Below are positions 10,053 to 18,569 of a DNA stretch of 59,034 nucleotides, piece by piece. This DNA comes from Promethearchaeota archaeon (lineage in GTDB: Archaea; Asgardarchaeota; Lokiarchaeia; Sigyniarchaeales; SOKP01), in assembly GCA_016926735.1 (NCBI GenBank), contig JAFGOA010000079.1, forward strand, positions 1 through 59,034, given 5' to 3'. The position numbers were made by a program, and so were the translations under genes. Every line of letters begins with the position of its first letter. Positions within the stretch are counted from its first letter, which is position 1. The notes below the pieces were generated by a model, which ran no database searches, had not been told where the DNA came from, and saw only the letters and a list, made by a program, of their open reading frames with translations.

Positions 10053-10943
10053 GTGTTTAACATAAATTTTGAAAGTTCCAGTATAGATCCAAATAAAGAA
10101 TATATCGAAATGATAAATGATTTTGGGTTAAATCAAGAAGAAGCTATAGTATATTTATCACTTTTAAAACGAGGGAAAAGAGGAGAAATTGTAGGGAGAA
10201 TAAAAAATGAATTAGAGATTGGTAGAACCACGATATACGGAATTATGGAAAGACTTTTGAAAAATGGATGGATCTATTCAGAAGAAATCTCTAAATCTCC
10301 AAAAAGAGTAAAATATGTCGCAATCCCTCCTTATAAAAATTTAAATACGATTATAAAAAAGAAAGAAGATGAACTAATTAAATTAAAAAATGAGAGTCTT
10401 TTCATAGGAGATAAACTTGATATTATCTATCAAGGTTCACGAAATCTAACAATAGACACAATACATATTGGAGGATATAAATATATAAAACCTCTCGTAG
10501 AATTAGGGTGGAAGATCAAAACAGAGGTAGTAGAACATGAGGACACACCAGAAGTCCTAGTATTGGATTATGAATTAAAAGGTAAAAAAGGATTTCCAAA
10601 AGATTGTGGACTAATTATAACAATACATAAAGATAATATAGAAAATAATAAAGAACTTATAGAAGAAACTCTTAATATTTTCAAGAAGAAATCAGAATAT
10701 GAGATAAGAAACCATAAAATACCTGGATTTGAAGATTTAAAATTTGAAGATGTTTTCTATAAAAATTACTTTATTATAAATATTTTTATTAAATTAAAAT
10801 TTAAAAAAAAATGGTGGTTAGTAGGTAATGAAGCAGTAATCCCTATTAAAAACCGATTATTTCTTATTCATGGAAATAAGGAGAACTTCCAAATTTTGTT
10901 TGATACAATTCAAAATCTAGAGAATTTTAGACATCTGGTTTGA
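10053..10943 (+). CDS. TrmB-family HTH regulator with uncharacterised C-terminal domain
   Basis: FGLNQEEAIVYLSLL...IGRTTIYGIMERLLKNGWI...YVAIPP. Confidence 0.75.
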   Translation: MFNINFESSSIDPNKEYIEMINDFGLNQEEAIVYLSLLKRGKRGEIVGRIKNELEIGRTTIYGIMERLLKNGWIYSEEISKSPKRVKYVAIPPYKNLNTIIKKKEDELIKLKNESLFIGDKLDIIYQGSRNLTIDTIHIGGYKYIKPLVELGWKIKTEVVEHEDTPEVLVLDYELKGKKGFPKDCGLIITIHKDNIENNKELIEETLNIFKKKSEYEIRNHKIPGFEDLKFEDVFYKNYFIINIFIKLKFKKKWWLVGNEAVIPIKNRLFLIHGNKENFQILFDTIQNLENFRHLV

Positions 10944-10950
10944 GATTACA

Positions 10951-11538
10951 TTATTTTTCAAGTAAAATTTGATTATGAAATTCTTGAATTAATCTATGAC
11001 GAGTATATGCAATTTCTTTAGATTCTTCAAAATATAATTGATCTTTTAAATTTAGAATTTTTTTTTCTATATGTTCTATTACATTATCTAAGTTGCCATT
11101 ATTTCTAGTTGTATATCCAATTGTTCTATATAAACCAATAGCACCAATAGCATCAAGTTTATCGGCATCTGAGAGAATTTTAGCTTCAAGTGTTTTTGGA
11201 CCTATATTATTAGAATATGAATGAGCTTTAATACTGTGTAAAATATTTTCTATATCATCTTTTTCTAAAAAAATATCATTTGATTTTAAGAATGCATAAG
11301 CTATCTCTGCAGAAAGTTCTGAATGACTTTTATTTTGATTTTTATCTTCTATTTTTTTCCTCCCAATATCATGCAATAAAGCGGATATTTGTAGAATTAA
11401 TAAATTTGCTCTTAATTTTTTACCGAGGTAAATACATAGTTTATATACTCGTTTTATATGTTCAAATCCATGAATATCATCATTTTCATAGTTTTCTAAT
11501 GCAAAGTTTTCAATTTTTGCTAATAATTTGTTACTCAT
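10951..11538 (-). CDS. HD-domain phosphohydrolase
   Basis: HGFEHIKRV, ALLHDIG, AHSY, LSDADKLDAIGAIG. Confidence 0.9.
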   Translation of the reverse strand: MSNKLLAKIENFALENYENDDIHGFEHIKRVYKLCIYLGKKLRANLLILQISALLHDIGRKKIEDKNQNKSHSELSAEIAYAFLKSNDIFLEKDDIENILHSIKAHSYSNNIGPKTLEAKILSDADKLDAIGAIGLYRTIGYTTRNNGNLDNVIEHIEKKILNLKDQLYFEESKEIAYTRHRLIQEFHNQILLEK

Positions 11539-11638
11539 ATTAATACTTTAGATCATTTTATTTTCTAAAAAATTAAATATTAATTTCTTTATCTTAATAT
11601 TCAAACATTATAATTTATATAAATTATCAGGATAAATC

Positions 11639-12337
11639 ATGGAATTTGACGTTATTATAAATGGGATATTTAGTTTGTTGATCGTTATTATATGTACTAT
11701 TGTTGGAATTAAAATTATTATAAAATATAAAAAGAACAAAAATAGAACAATTATATTAATTGGAATAGCTTGGATTGGAATAGCTGAACCTTGGTGGCCG
11801 TCATCAATAAGTTTTATAGTAGCTATATTTAATCAAACGGGGATTTCTGAAAATTTATATCTAATTCTTAATTGTGCATTTTTACCCATTTTCTTATTAA
11901 TTTGGATTGTAGCTTTGGAAGATCCTTTAATGTTTTATCGATTTAAAATGATTCTAATCATCCATATAATCGTTTCAATAGTCCTTGAATCATCACTTTT
12001 TTATTTTCTTCTTACTGATATCAGTGTCATAGGAAATGTAATAAGTATTGTTGATATCAATTTTGGAATTTTAACTAAGATATTTCTAATATATATACTC
12101 TTGACTTTTGTAATTACAGGGTTTATTTTTGCAATTCGGTCATTAAAAGTTGATGATCCTGAAATTAAATTAAGAGGTAAATTCTTTTTAATTGCTTTTA
12201 CTTTATTTCTTTTAGGGGCTATTATGGAGACTATTCTAACAACAATATTTAATAGGATTATTCTGTTTTCAAGTGCTATTATTTTCTATTTTGGATATAT
12301 TACTCCAGATAAAATAAAGGCATATTTTCTAAAATAA
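11639..12337 (+). CDS. Integral membrane protein with about 7 TM helices and no soluble domain
   Basis: Seven hydrophobic stretches separated by short polar loops. Confidence 0.75.
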   Translation: MEFDVIINGIFSLLIVIICTIVGIKIIIKYKKNKNRTIILIGIAWIGIAEPWWPSSISFIVAIFNQTGISENLYLILNCAFLPIFLLIWIVALEDPLMFYRFKMILIIHIIVSIVLESSLFYFLLTDISVIGNVISIVDINFGILTKIFLIYILLTFVITGFIFAIRSLKVDDPEIKLRGKFFLIAFTLFLLGAIMETILTTIFNRIILFSSAIIFYFGYITPDKIKAYFLK

Positions 12338-12376
12338 GATTCAATTGAAGAATGATTATTAACATATTGAGAATTT

Positions 12377-12802
12377 TTATTTATATTCCTCTTTGAGAAA
12401 AATTTGTATTTTTTCTTCAATAATGTCTCTTATTTCTCTGAATTTTTCTATTTTTTTTTCATTAGAGTCATCTAATTTAGAAGGATCTTCTATTTCCCAG
12501 AAAATTCTTTTTTCTACACCAGGAATTATTGGACATAAATTATTTGCTTGTTTACATAAAGTAATAACAACATCAAAATGTATTTCTCCTAAATATTCCT
12601 TTAAATCTTTAGAATAATGATCTGTTAAATTAAAGCCTATTTCCTCCATTACTTTTATTGTGAGAGGATGGACTTTTGTTGGTTTAAAACCAGCACTATA
12701 AACATTATATTTGTCACTTCCTATTTTTTTTACAAAAGCTTCTGCCATCTGGCTCCGAGCTTGATTATGAGTACATAAAAAGATTAAATTTTTTTTTTTC
12801 AA
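12377..12802 (-). CDS. arsC: Arsenate reductase, LMW-PTPase (thioredoxin-coupled) type
   Basis: FLCTHNQARSQMAE P-loop, SAG, ITLC...CP, W.IEDP; likely start TTG 12802 behind GAGTGA (ORF track start 12844). Confidence 0.88.
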   Translation of the reverse strand: MKKKNLIFLCTHNQARSQMAEAFVKKIGSDKYNVYSAGFKPTKVHPLTIKVMEEIGFNLTDHYSKDLKEYLGEIHFDVVITLCKQANNLCPIIPGVEKRIFWEIEDPSKLDDSNEKKIEKFREIRDIIEEKIQIFLKEEYK

Positions 12803-12853
12803 TAAAATCACTCTAAAAATAATAGATATTATTAATAAGGACACAAACCTTAT

Positions 12854-12889
12854 GTCAATCTTTCACAATTGTTTATTGAAAGATGTCAT
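12854..12889 (-). promoter_or_regulatory. Candidate eukaryote-type SECIS element
   Basis: Minus strand AUGAC-AUCUUUCA-AUAAACAAUUG-UGAAAGAU-UGAC: UGAN/NGAN core, 8-bp perfect helix, unpaired AAA 10 nt after the core; downstream of in-frame UGA-UGA. Confidence 0.6.
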
Positions 12890-13013
12890 TCTTTTAATTT
12901 TTATTTTTTCATTTATCAAAATAATGTGAAAAGAATTCATTTTCTTTTCCATATCGTTTTCTTAATGCAGTTTTAAACTCCCCTATATTCAATTTCTTTT
13001 TCACTTTTTCTCA

Positions 13014-13355
13014 TCAACACCCAGGATCTAATTGTAGATTGATGATACTATTAGGATAGAGAATGAAATCAGGATCTTCTAGAATAGGCATAAACGTTCT
13101 ATCAGGCCCATAAGGCATTATTCCACAATCCTCATAAATTTTATTCTCTGATGGATTCCAAAACAACTGAAGATAATTATGAATAAATCCATCAAATAAT
13201 GGAAAAATAGATTCTTCTGGATGATTAAACACATATTTATCTACTTTAGCCAAAGCCTGAGAAAAAGTTGCGTTATCCTCAATTTCTATTGAGAAAGATT
13301 TCCCTTGAGATAATCCTGTATAGGGCATACTAATGTTAAAAGTTATTTTTTTAAT
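13014..13355 (-). CDS. Beta-grasp (ubiquitin/MoaD-like) protein ending DPGC-TGA-TGA; candidate selenoprotein, possibly extending to 12909 (148 aa)
   Basis: GAGGTGA at 13360-13366, then ATT AAA AAA ATA ACT TTT AAC ATT AGT in frame with ATG 13328; pattern KITFNIS / SFSIEIE / ATFSQALAKV / IINLQL; tandem TGA at 13014-13016 and 13011-13013. Confidence 0.7.
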   Translation of the reverse strand: MKKITFNISMPYTGLSQGKSFSIEIEDNATFSQALAKVDKYVFNHPEESIFPLFDGFIHNYLQLFWNPSENKIYEDCGIMPYGPDRTFMPILEDPDFILYPNSIINLQLDPGC

Positions 13356-13573
13356 AATCTCACCTCATAAAAACATTATTCATGATTTAATTATATTTTA
13401 AAGAAACATCTATGTCATTTATTATCTTTACTAATTCTTTTTCAAGTACTCTTTTTTGTATAAATGTTAATTACTGATCTATCAATACACATTTTTGAAA
13501 TATATCCTTTTCTACGATTTCTTTAGATTGCAAAGAAAAGGAAAAAAAAAATTATTGAGGTTTTTTTTCGTGT

Positions 13574-14620
13574 TTATTCAGATTTCCAAAAACGTCTTTT
13601 TTGAAGATATCTTCCAAAATATACCAGAGATAGCATGATTGGTACTTCCCAAAATAACCCCATCGTTGTTCCAAGCGCTGCTATAGATCCAATCCCATAT
13701 ATAGTTGTTGCTGTAGCTATAGCAATTTCAAAATGACTTGATGATCCAATTATTATTGTAGTTATTGCTTCACGATATTTTAACTTGAATAATTTTGTCA
13801 TTAATATATTATAACCTACTATAATAATAAAACCAAGTATTAATGGAATCGAAACTAAGAGCATTAAATCAGGATTATTTACTAAAACATTTCCATTCAA
13901 TGAAAATAAAATAATCAAAGTTGTTAATAATGCCAAGATTGAGATTTTACCAATTGTAGGTCTATAAACATCTTTAAACCAGTCTTCTCCTTTTGATTTA
14001 ATGATCACTTTTTTGGATATTATTCCAAAAAATAAAGGAAGACCTATAAAAAATATCAATGATACAATTAATAGAATCCAATCTATATGTATATTTTGAA
14101 TACCAGATAATAAAGAAACCATTGGAATATATAAGAATATAATAGTAATCGTATTCAAACTCGTATTGACAACATTTTGTTCCTGATTTCCTTTAGCTAA
14201 CCATCCCCATACTATAACCATTGCTGTACAGGGAGAACTGGACAATAATATTATCGCAAAAATCAACTGTTCATGTCCTTTTAGAAAAATAGATGCTAAA
14301 GCTAATCCTAGGAAGGGTGCAACTAGCCAATTTGAAATTAATGTTAATATAATAGGTTTTGGATTTTTGCCTATTTTTTTTAATTCGGAAAATTGAAGAT
14401 TTAACATTGCAGGATACATCATTAAAAATAGACATATACCAATTGGTATCGAAATCCCACCAATATTCATGGAATCAATAAAATTACTCATATCTGGTAG
14501 ATATTGGGAAAACAAAATACCTATAATAATGCAAATACCTACCCAAAGGGTTAGATATTTTTCAAAGATTCCAAGATTTTTTTTTTTTTTTTCTAATTCT
14601 TTACCTATTTGTATTTCCAT
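13574..14620 (-). CDS. acr3: Acr3-family arsenite efflux transporter
   Basis: FEKYLTLWV, LMMYPAM, NWLVAP, SPCTAMVIVW, SHFEIAIA, EVPIML. Confidence 0.92.
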   Translation of the reverse strand: MEIQIGKELEKKKKNLGIFEKYLTLWVGICIIIGILFSQYLPDMSNFIDSMNIGGISIPIGICLFLMMYPAMLNLQFSELKKIGKNPKPIILTLISNWLVAPFLGLALASIFLKGHEQLIFAIILLSSSPCTAMVIVWGWLAKGNQEQNVVNTSLNTITIIFLYIPMVSLLSGIQNIHIDWILLIVSLIFFIGLPLFFGIISKKVIIKSKGEDWFKDVYRPTIGKISILALLTTLIILFSLNGNVLVNNPDLMLLVSIPLILGFIIIVGYNILMTKLFKLKYREAITTIIIGSSSHFEIAIATATTIYGIGSIAALGTTMGLFWEVPIMLSLVYFGRYLQKRRFWKSE

Positions 14621-14762
14621 ATCAGATCACCAATATTATATTTATAAAAATTATTTTCCATATTTATACATTTCGATTTGAATCTAAAAAACATAATATT
14701 AAATATTTTGTTTTGTTATACTTCTTTATTGTTTAAAAAATAGAGATGGAGTTCTCCTATAA

Positions 14763-15152
14763 TTGAATATTAAAAGAAAAAAAAAAATTTTAGAGACATT
14801 AGATGGATGCGTTGATCTAAATGGTACTGACCTTGAAAAATATTTTCTTAAATTGCAAGAAATTGGTTTAATAATAAATAAAAAAAAGTCATTCATAGAC
14901 ATTCTTAGATTCTGTTCAACTTTAGGGAATCAAGAACGATTAAAAATTATTCATTGCTTAAGAATTAAAAATTATTGTGTGTGTGAATTAGAAGCAATTT
15001 TAGATAAGTCTCAATCTACTATCTCACATCATCTAAAAGAAATGGAAGATATTGGTCTTATCCGAGGTTGGAAAAAAGGAAAATTTACCCACTATGAAAT
15101 TAATGAAAAAAAATTAGATTTCTATCGCGATCTACTAGAAAAAACGATATAA
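14763..15152 (+). CDS. arsR: ArsR/SmtB family repressor, divergent from acr3
   Basis: RLKII...YCVCELEAILDKSQSTISHHL...GL with CVC As(III) site. Confidence 0.88.
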   Translation: MNIKRKKKILETLDGCVDLNGTDLEKYFLKLQEIGLIINKKKSFIDILRFCSTLGNQERLKIIHCLRIKNYCVCELEAILDKSQSTISHHLKEMEDIGLIRGWKKGKFTHYEINEKKLDFYRDLLEKTI

Positions 15153-15155
15153 ATA

Positions 15156-15242
15156 CTAAGTAAGACCATATTTATATCCAAGACCAATAACAATCACCAA
15201 TATAAATAAAACTACACATAAAAAAATAACATTAAAATCCAT
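15156..15242 (-). CDS. 28-aa single-TM small protein MDFNVIFLCVVLFILVIVIGLGYKYGLT (not in ORF track)
   Basis: GGGGTGA 5 nt before ATG; about 18 consecutive hydrophobic residues; TAG at 15156-15158. Confidence 0.55.
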   Translation of the reverse strand: MDFNVIFLCVVLFILVIVIGLGYKYGLT

Positions 15243-15463
15243 TTATATCACCCCTTATTTTAATATATTATAAGTAATATACTTCAATATTTGGATATAT
15301 ACTAGGATATATAAAAGTTATGAATAAAAAATAATTATCAATTTTATCTGATTTATCAGTTATCAACCTATTTTATAATTATTATATTCTCAGATTTTTC
15401 ATCATTACCTTCTCTAAAAAGAATGGATTTTCTTACATTTATAATGGTAAATTATTAATTCAA

Positions 15464-16219
15464 TCAAATGAAATATTTTCTAAATGGATTTAGTATTTTT
15501 TCTTCGCCAATGGTCGTATATCCCCAATGACCGGCACATATTTTAAATCTATCAGTTATATCTGGATTATTCATAAGTTTATTTTTAATACTCTGATAAA
15601 GAAGTTGTTCATCACCACCAGGAATATCAAATTCTCCAACATTTCTTTTAAATAAAAGATCTCCTGTAAATATAACACCTTCAATTAAATGTCCTCTAAT
15701 TTCATTTATATCTTTTGAATAAAAGCTTAAACTTCCAGGAGAATGACCAGGAGTCTCTAAAACTTTAAAATTAAATTCCCCTATTTTAATAATATCTCCC
15801 TCATTTAACCATTTATCTGCTTTTATATTCACATATAATCCTTTTCTAATTAAAAGATCTATAGCTTGTTTTTTGTTATTTTGTTGAATAATATTATCCT
15901 TTTTATCATCCATCAAATCTACAAGAATTTCAATATCTTGTTCTTTTAGATCAGTTTGTAATGAGTTATATTCCTTTTTATTATACATTAGCTCTATATC
16001 AGGAAATCTTTTTAAGATATTATTTAAATGCATTGTATGATCGAAATGTCCATGAGTTAATAAAATGGCTATTGGTATTGCTCCAATTTTATTTATTTCA
16101 TCAATAATTTTATCAGATTCAAATCCAGGGTCAATTATAGCTATTTCTTTAGTGATATTAGAACCAATAATATAGCTATTAGTATCTGATGGACCGACAG
16201 TTAATTTCCTGAAAATCAT
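15464..16219 (-). CDS. Metallo-beta-lactamase fold hydrolase (glyoxalase II/YcbL-like)
   Basis: THGHFDH, TPGHSPG, FTGDLLF, AGH. Confidence 0.88.
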   Translation of the reverse strand: MIFRKLTVGPSDTNSYIIGSNITKEIAIIDPGFESDKIIDEINKIGAIPIAILLTHGHFDHTMHLNNILKRFPDIELMYNKKEYNSLQTDLKEQDIEILVDLMDDKKDNIIQQNNKKQAIDLLIRKGLYVNIKADKWLNEGDIIKIGEFNFKVLETPGHSPGSLSFYSKDINEIRGHLIEGVIFTGDLLFKRNVGEFDIPGGDEQLLYQSIKNKLMNNPDITDRFKICAGHWGYTTIGEEKILNPFRKYFI

Positions 16220-16343
16220 AAAAATTTAAAATATATTAGTAGTTGGTTGAATTAAGATTAAAAGACGTTTAAAGATAAACATGATGATAAAATGATCTTA
16301 TTAATTTTATATTTTATGTAATAATTTAAAAAATATATTATTT

Positions 16344-16967
16344 TTATTTTGATTTAGCTTCTCTAATCATATAATCTGTTATTATTTCAATTAAATTGTC
16401 AATAATTTCGGGTAATTTTTCTTTTCCAATATATTCTGTAAGAGCATCATCTAATCCAATTGTAAAAAGAGCTTTTAAAATTCCAGCTAAAACTTCTGGA
16501 TCTTTATCTATAACATATCCCATCTTTTGCCAATTTTTTATCATGAGTGGTAAATAGTCATAAGTATTAAGATATTGTTCTATCTTAGGAATATTGCGGA
16601 TTTTTCTTATAAGATATTCTCTTGTTTTTTTATCGGCAATTTGTTTAATTATAGGATTCTCTTTTGGGGCATTAATATGGAACTTTATAAAATTAATAAT
16701 AGCACTTTTTGGATCTTGATTCATATTTCCTAATAACATTTGCATTTCAACAATCAATTTTTTCTCAGTTTCTTTAAGAATATCAAAGAAAAATTCTTCC
16801 TTTGAACGATAAAAATGATAAAAAGAACCTTTTGATATTCCTACGGCATTAGTTATTTGTTCTACATTTACCTTTTTTAGTCCATAAATTCCAAAATATT
16901 CAGTTCCTTTTTCAATTAAATTCTTTTTAATAGTATTTTTTTCTTCTTCTGTAAATCCTTTTGGCAT
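16344..16967 (-). CDS. TetR/AcrR family regulator
   Basis: F...GLKKVNVEQITNAVGISKGSFYHFYRSKEE. Confidence 0.92.
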   Translation of the reverse strand: MPKGFTEEEKNTIKKNLIEKGTEYFGIYGLKKVNVEQITNAVGISKGSFYHFYRSKEEFFFDILKETEKKLIVEMQMLLGNMNQDPKSAIINFIKFHINAPKENPIIKQIADKKTREYLIRKIRNIPKIEQYLNTYDYLPLMIKNWQKMGYVIDKDPEVLAGILKALFTIGLDDALTEYIGKEKLPEIIDNLIEIITDYMIREAKSK

Positions 16968-16999
16968 TGTAAATATAAAATCAAGAATTATTAAAAATT

Positions 17000-17041
17000 A
17001 TGACTATTTGGACATATGACTCATAATGTTTAAATAGTCAT
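17000..17041. promoter_or_regulatory. Nested inverted repeat between divergent TetR and SDR genes (probable TetR operator)
   Basis: ATGACTATTT (17000-17009) ... AAATAGTCAT (17032-17041) with central TATGAcTCATA (17015-17025). Confidence 0.65.
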
Positions 17042-17076
17042 GAAAACTTTATTAATATAAAAATCAAAAAATTATA

Positions 17077-18366
17077 ATGTTAGTAGAAAAATTAAATTTA
17101 AGTAAAAATTCTCTTTCTGATAAAGTCGCAATTATTTCAGGCGCAGGTAGAGGTATTGGAAAAGAACTTGCAAGGAGTTTATCTTGGTTAGGAGCTAGTG
17201 TTATAATCGCTGAGATTAATGACTATGGAAAAGAAGTTGAAGATTTAATTAATTTAGAAGGGGGAACAGCTTTATTTATCAAAACAGATATTTCAAAAGA
17301 GGAAGAAGTCAAGAATTTAGAGAAAAAAATAATAGAAAAATTTGGTAAGATAGATATACTTATTAATAATGCATATTATTGTTCTCCTCCCGCTGAGATC
17401 AGAAATTTATCATTAGAAGAATGGGATAAATGTTATGATGTAAATGTACATGGTGCTATCTTATTAATAAAAACATTTTTACCCTATATGATAAAACAAA
17501 ATTTTGGTATAATTAATACTGTTACTTCTGCTGAAGGTATGCAATATATCGCACCTTATAGTTCAACAAAAACAGCGTTAATATCAATTGGAAAATCTTT
17601 AGCTGCAGAATTGGATAATACAAATATATCAGTCTTTATATTTGGACCAGGGATGATTGATACACCTGGTATAAGGGAAATAATTCCTAAAATAGCACCT
17701 ATGTACGAAATGAGTCAAGAAGAATTTATAAATCAAGGAGTGAATCCTGGTTATGAGGGATTAATGCCTCCAGAAGATTGTGCAGCAGGTTGGGCTTATT
17801 TAATCGCAAATGCAAAGGAATATCATGGACAAATAGCTACCCCTTTTTCACCTCTTTTAAAATTTGGTCTTATAGGTCAAAAAAAAGATATAAGTAACTT
17901 AAATAAATCGATAATAGAAAAAAAAAACGATTTAATAATATATATAAAAGAAAGTATCTCTGAAATTAACGAAGGTATTAAAATAGTTAATGATATAGTA
18001 AGAGAGCATAAAGATTTAGGGATAATGGCAAGAAAATGGGTAGGAAGGACTTTTGCAAAAAGGATAGGTATGAATATGGAGAATTGTTTAGATACAACAA
18101 AAGAAATTGAAAACAATATTCATAATTTATCCAATTTGGTAAATAATGATAAAATCGAAGAAATAAAATCAATTATTGAGAAATTTCCATGGTATATTGA
18201 TATAATAGGAAAACTTGAAAATCATTTTAATCAAAGTATTAACGATGCAAAAGGATGGTTTAAAGATCCTGAAGAGTTAAAATCAGCATTAGACGTTTTA
18301 ACTTATCGTGAAAAAGTAATGAACTCTTTAAAAACAACTTTAGATTCAATCTATAAGCTTGTTTAA
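17077..18366 (+). CDS. SDR family oxidoreductase with long C-terminal helical extension
   Basis: SGAGRGIG, DILINNA, YSSTK, PGMIDT; about 165 extra C-terminal residues. Confidence 0.85.
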   Translation: MLVEKLNLSKNSLSDKVAIISGAGRGIGKELARSLSWLGASVIIAEINDYGKEVEDLINLEGGTALFIKTDISKEEEVKNLEKKIIEKFGKIDILINNAYYCSPPAEIRNLSLEEWDKCYDVNVHGAILLIKTFLPYMIKQNFGIINTVTSAEGMQYIAPYSSTKTALISIGKSLAAELDNTNISVFIFGPGMIDTPGIREIIPKIAPMYEMSQEEFINQGVNPGYEGLMPPEDCAAGWAYLIANAKEYHGQIATPFSPLLKFGLIGQKKDISNLNKSIIEKKNDLIIYIKESISEINEGIKIVNDIVREHKDLGIMARKWVGRTFAKRIGMNMENCLDTTKEIENNIHNLSNLVNNDKIEEIKSIIEKFPWYIDIIGKLENHFNQSINDAKGWFKDPEELKSALDVLTYREKVMNSLKTTLDSIYKLV

Positions 18367-18569
18367 ATTCTAAAAAAATTTTTATTTTTAATTTTAATTA
18401 AGTTTTTTAAATGCCTTTAATAAGTAATATTAGTTAATTTTGTCGATAAATAATAATTAGCTAAAATTATCACTGATTTTAGTTCGAAACTTATAAAAAA
18501 ATTTAATATTTTAAATTTCCATTAGTTTAGTGCAGAAAGAATAAAAATAATAATGGTGAGATCTGGAAG

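Noticed and set aside
12973-13014. TGATG junction read as translational coupling to a new ORF (MRKSEKEIEYRGV)
   Set aside because: Only 13 codons and does not explain the 33-codon in-frame tail or the SECIS-like hairpin; kept only as a null alternative.
13388-13533. Protein-like minus-strand frame LQSKEIVEKDIFQKCVLIDQ*LTFIQKRVLEKELVKIINDIDVSLKYN between acr3 and the candidate selenoprotein
   Set aside because: Interrupted by TAA (not TGA), short, no SD, no recognisable family; at most a gene remnant.
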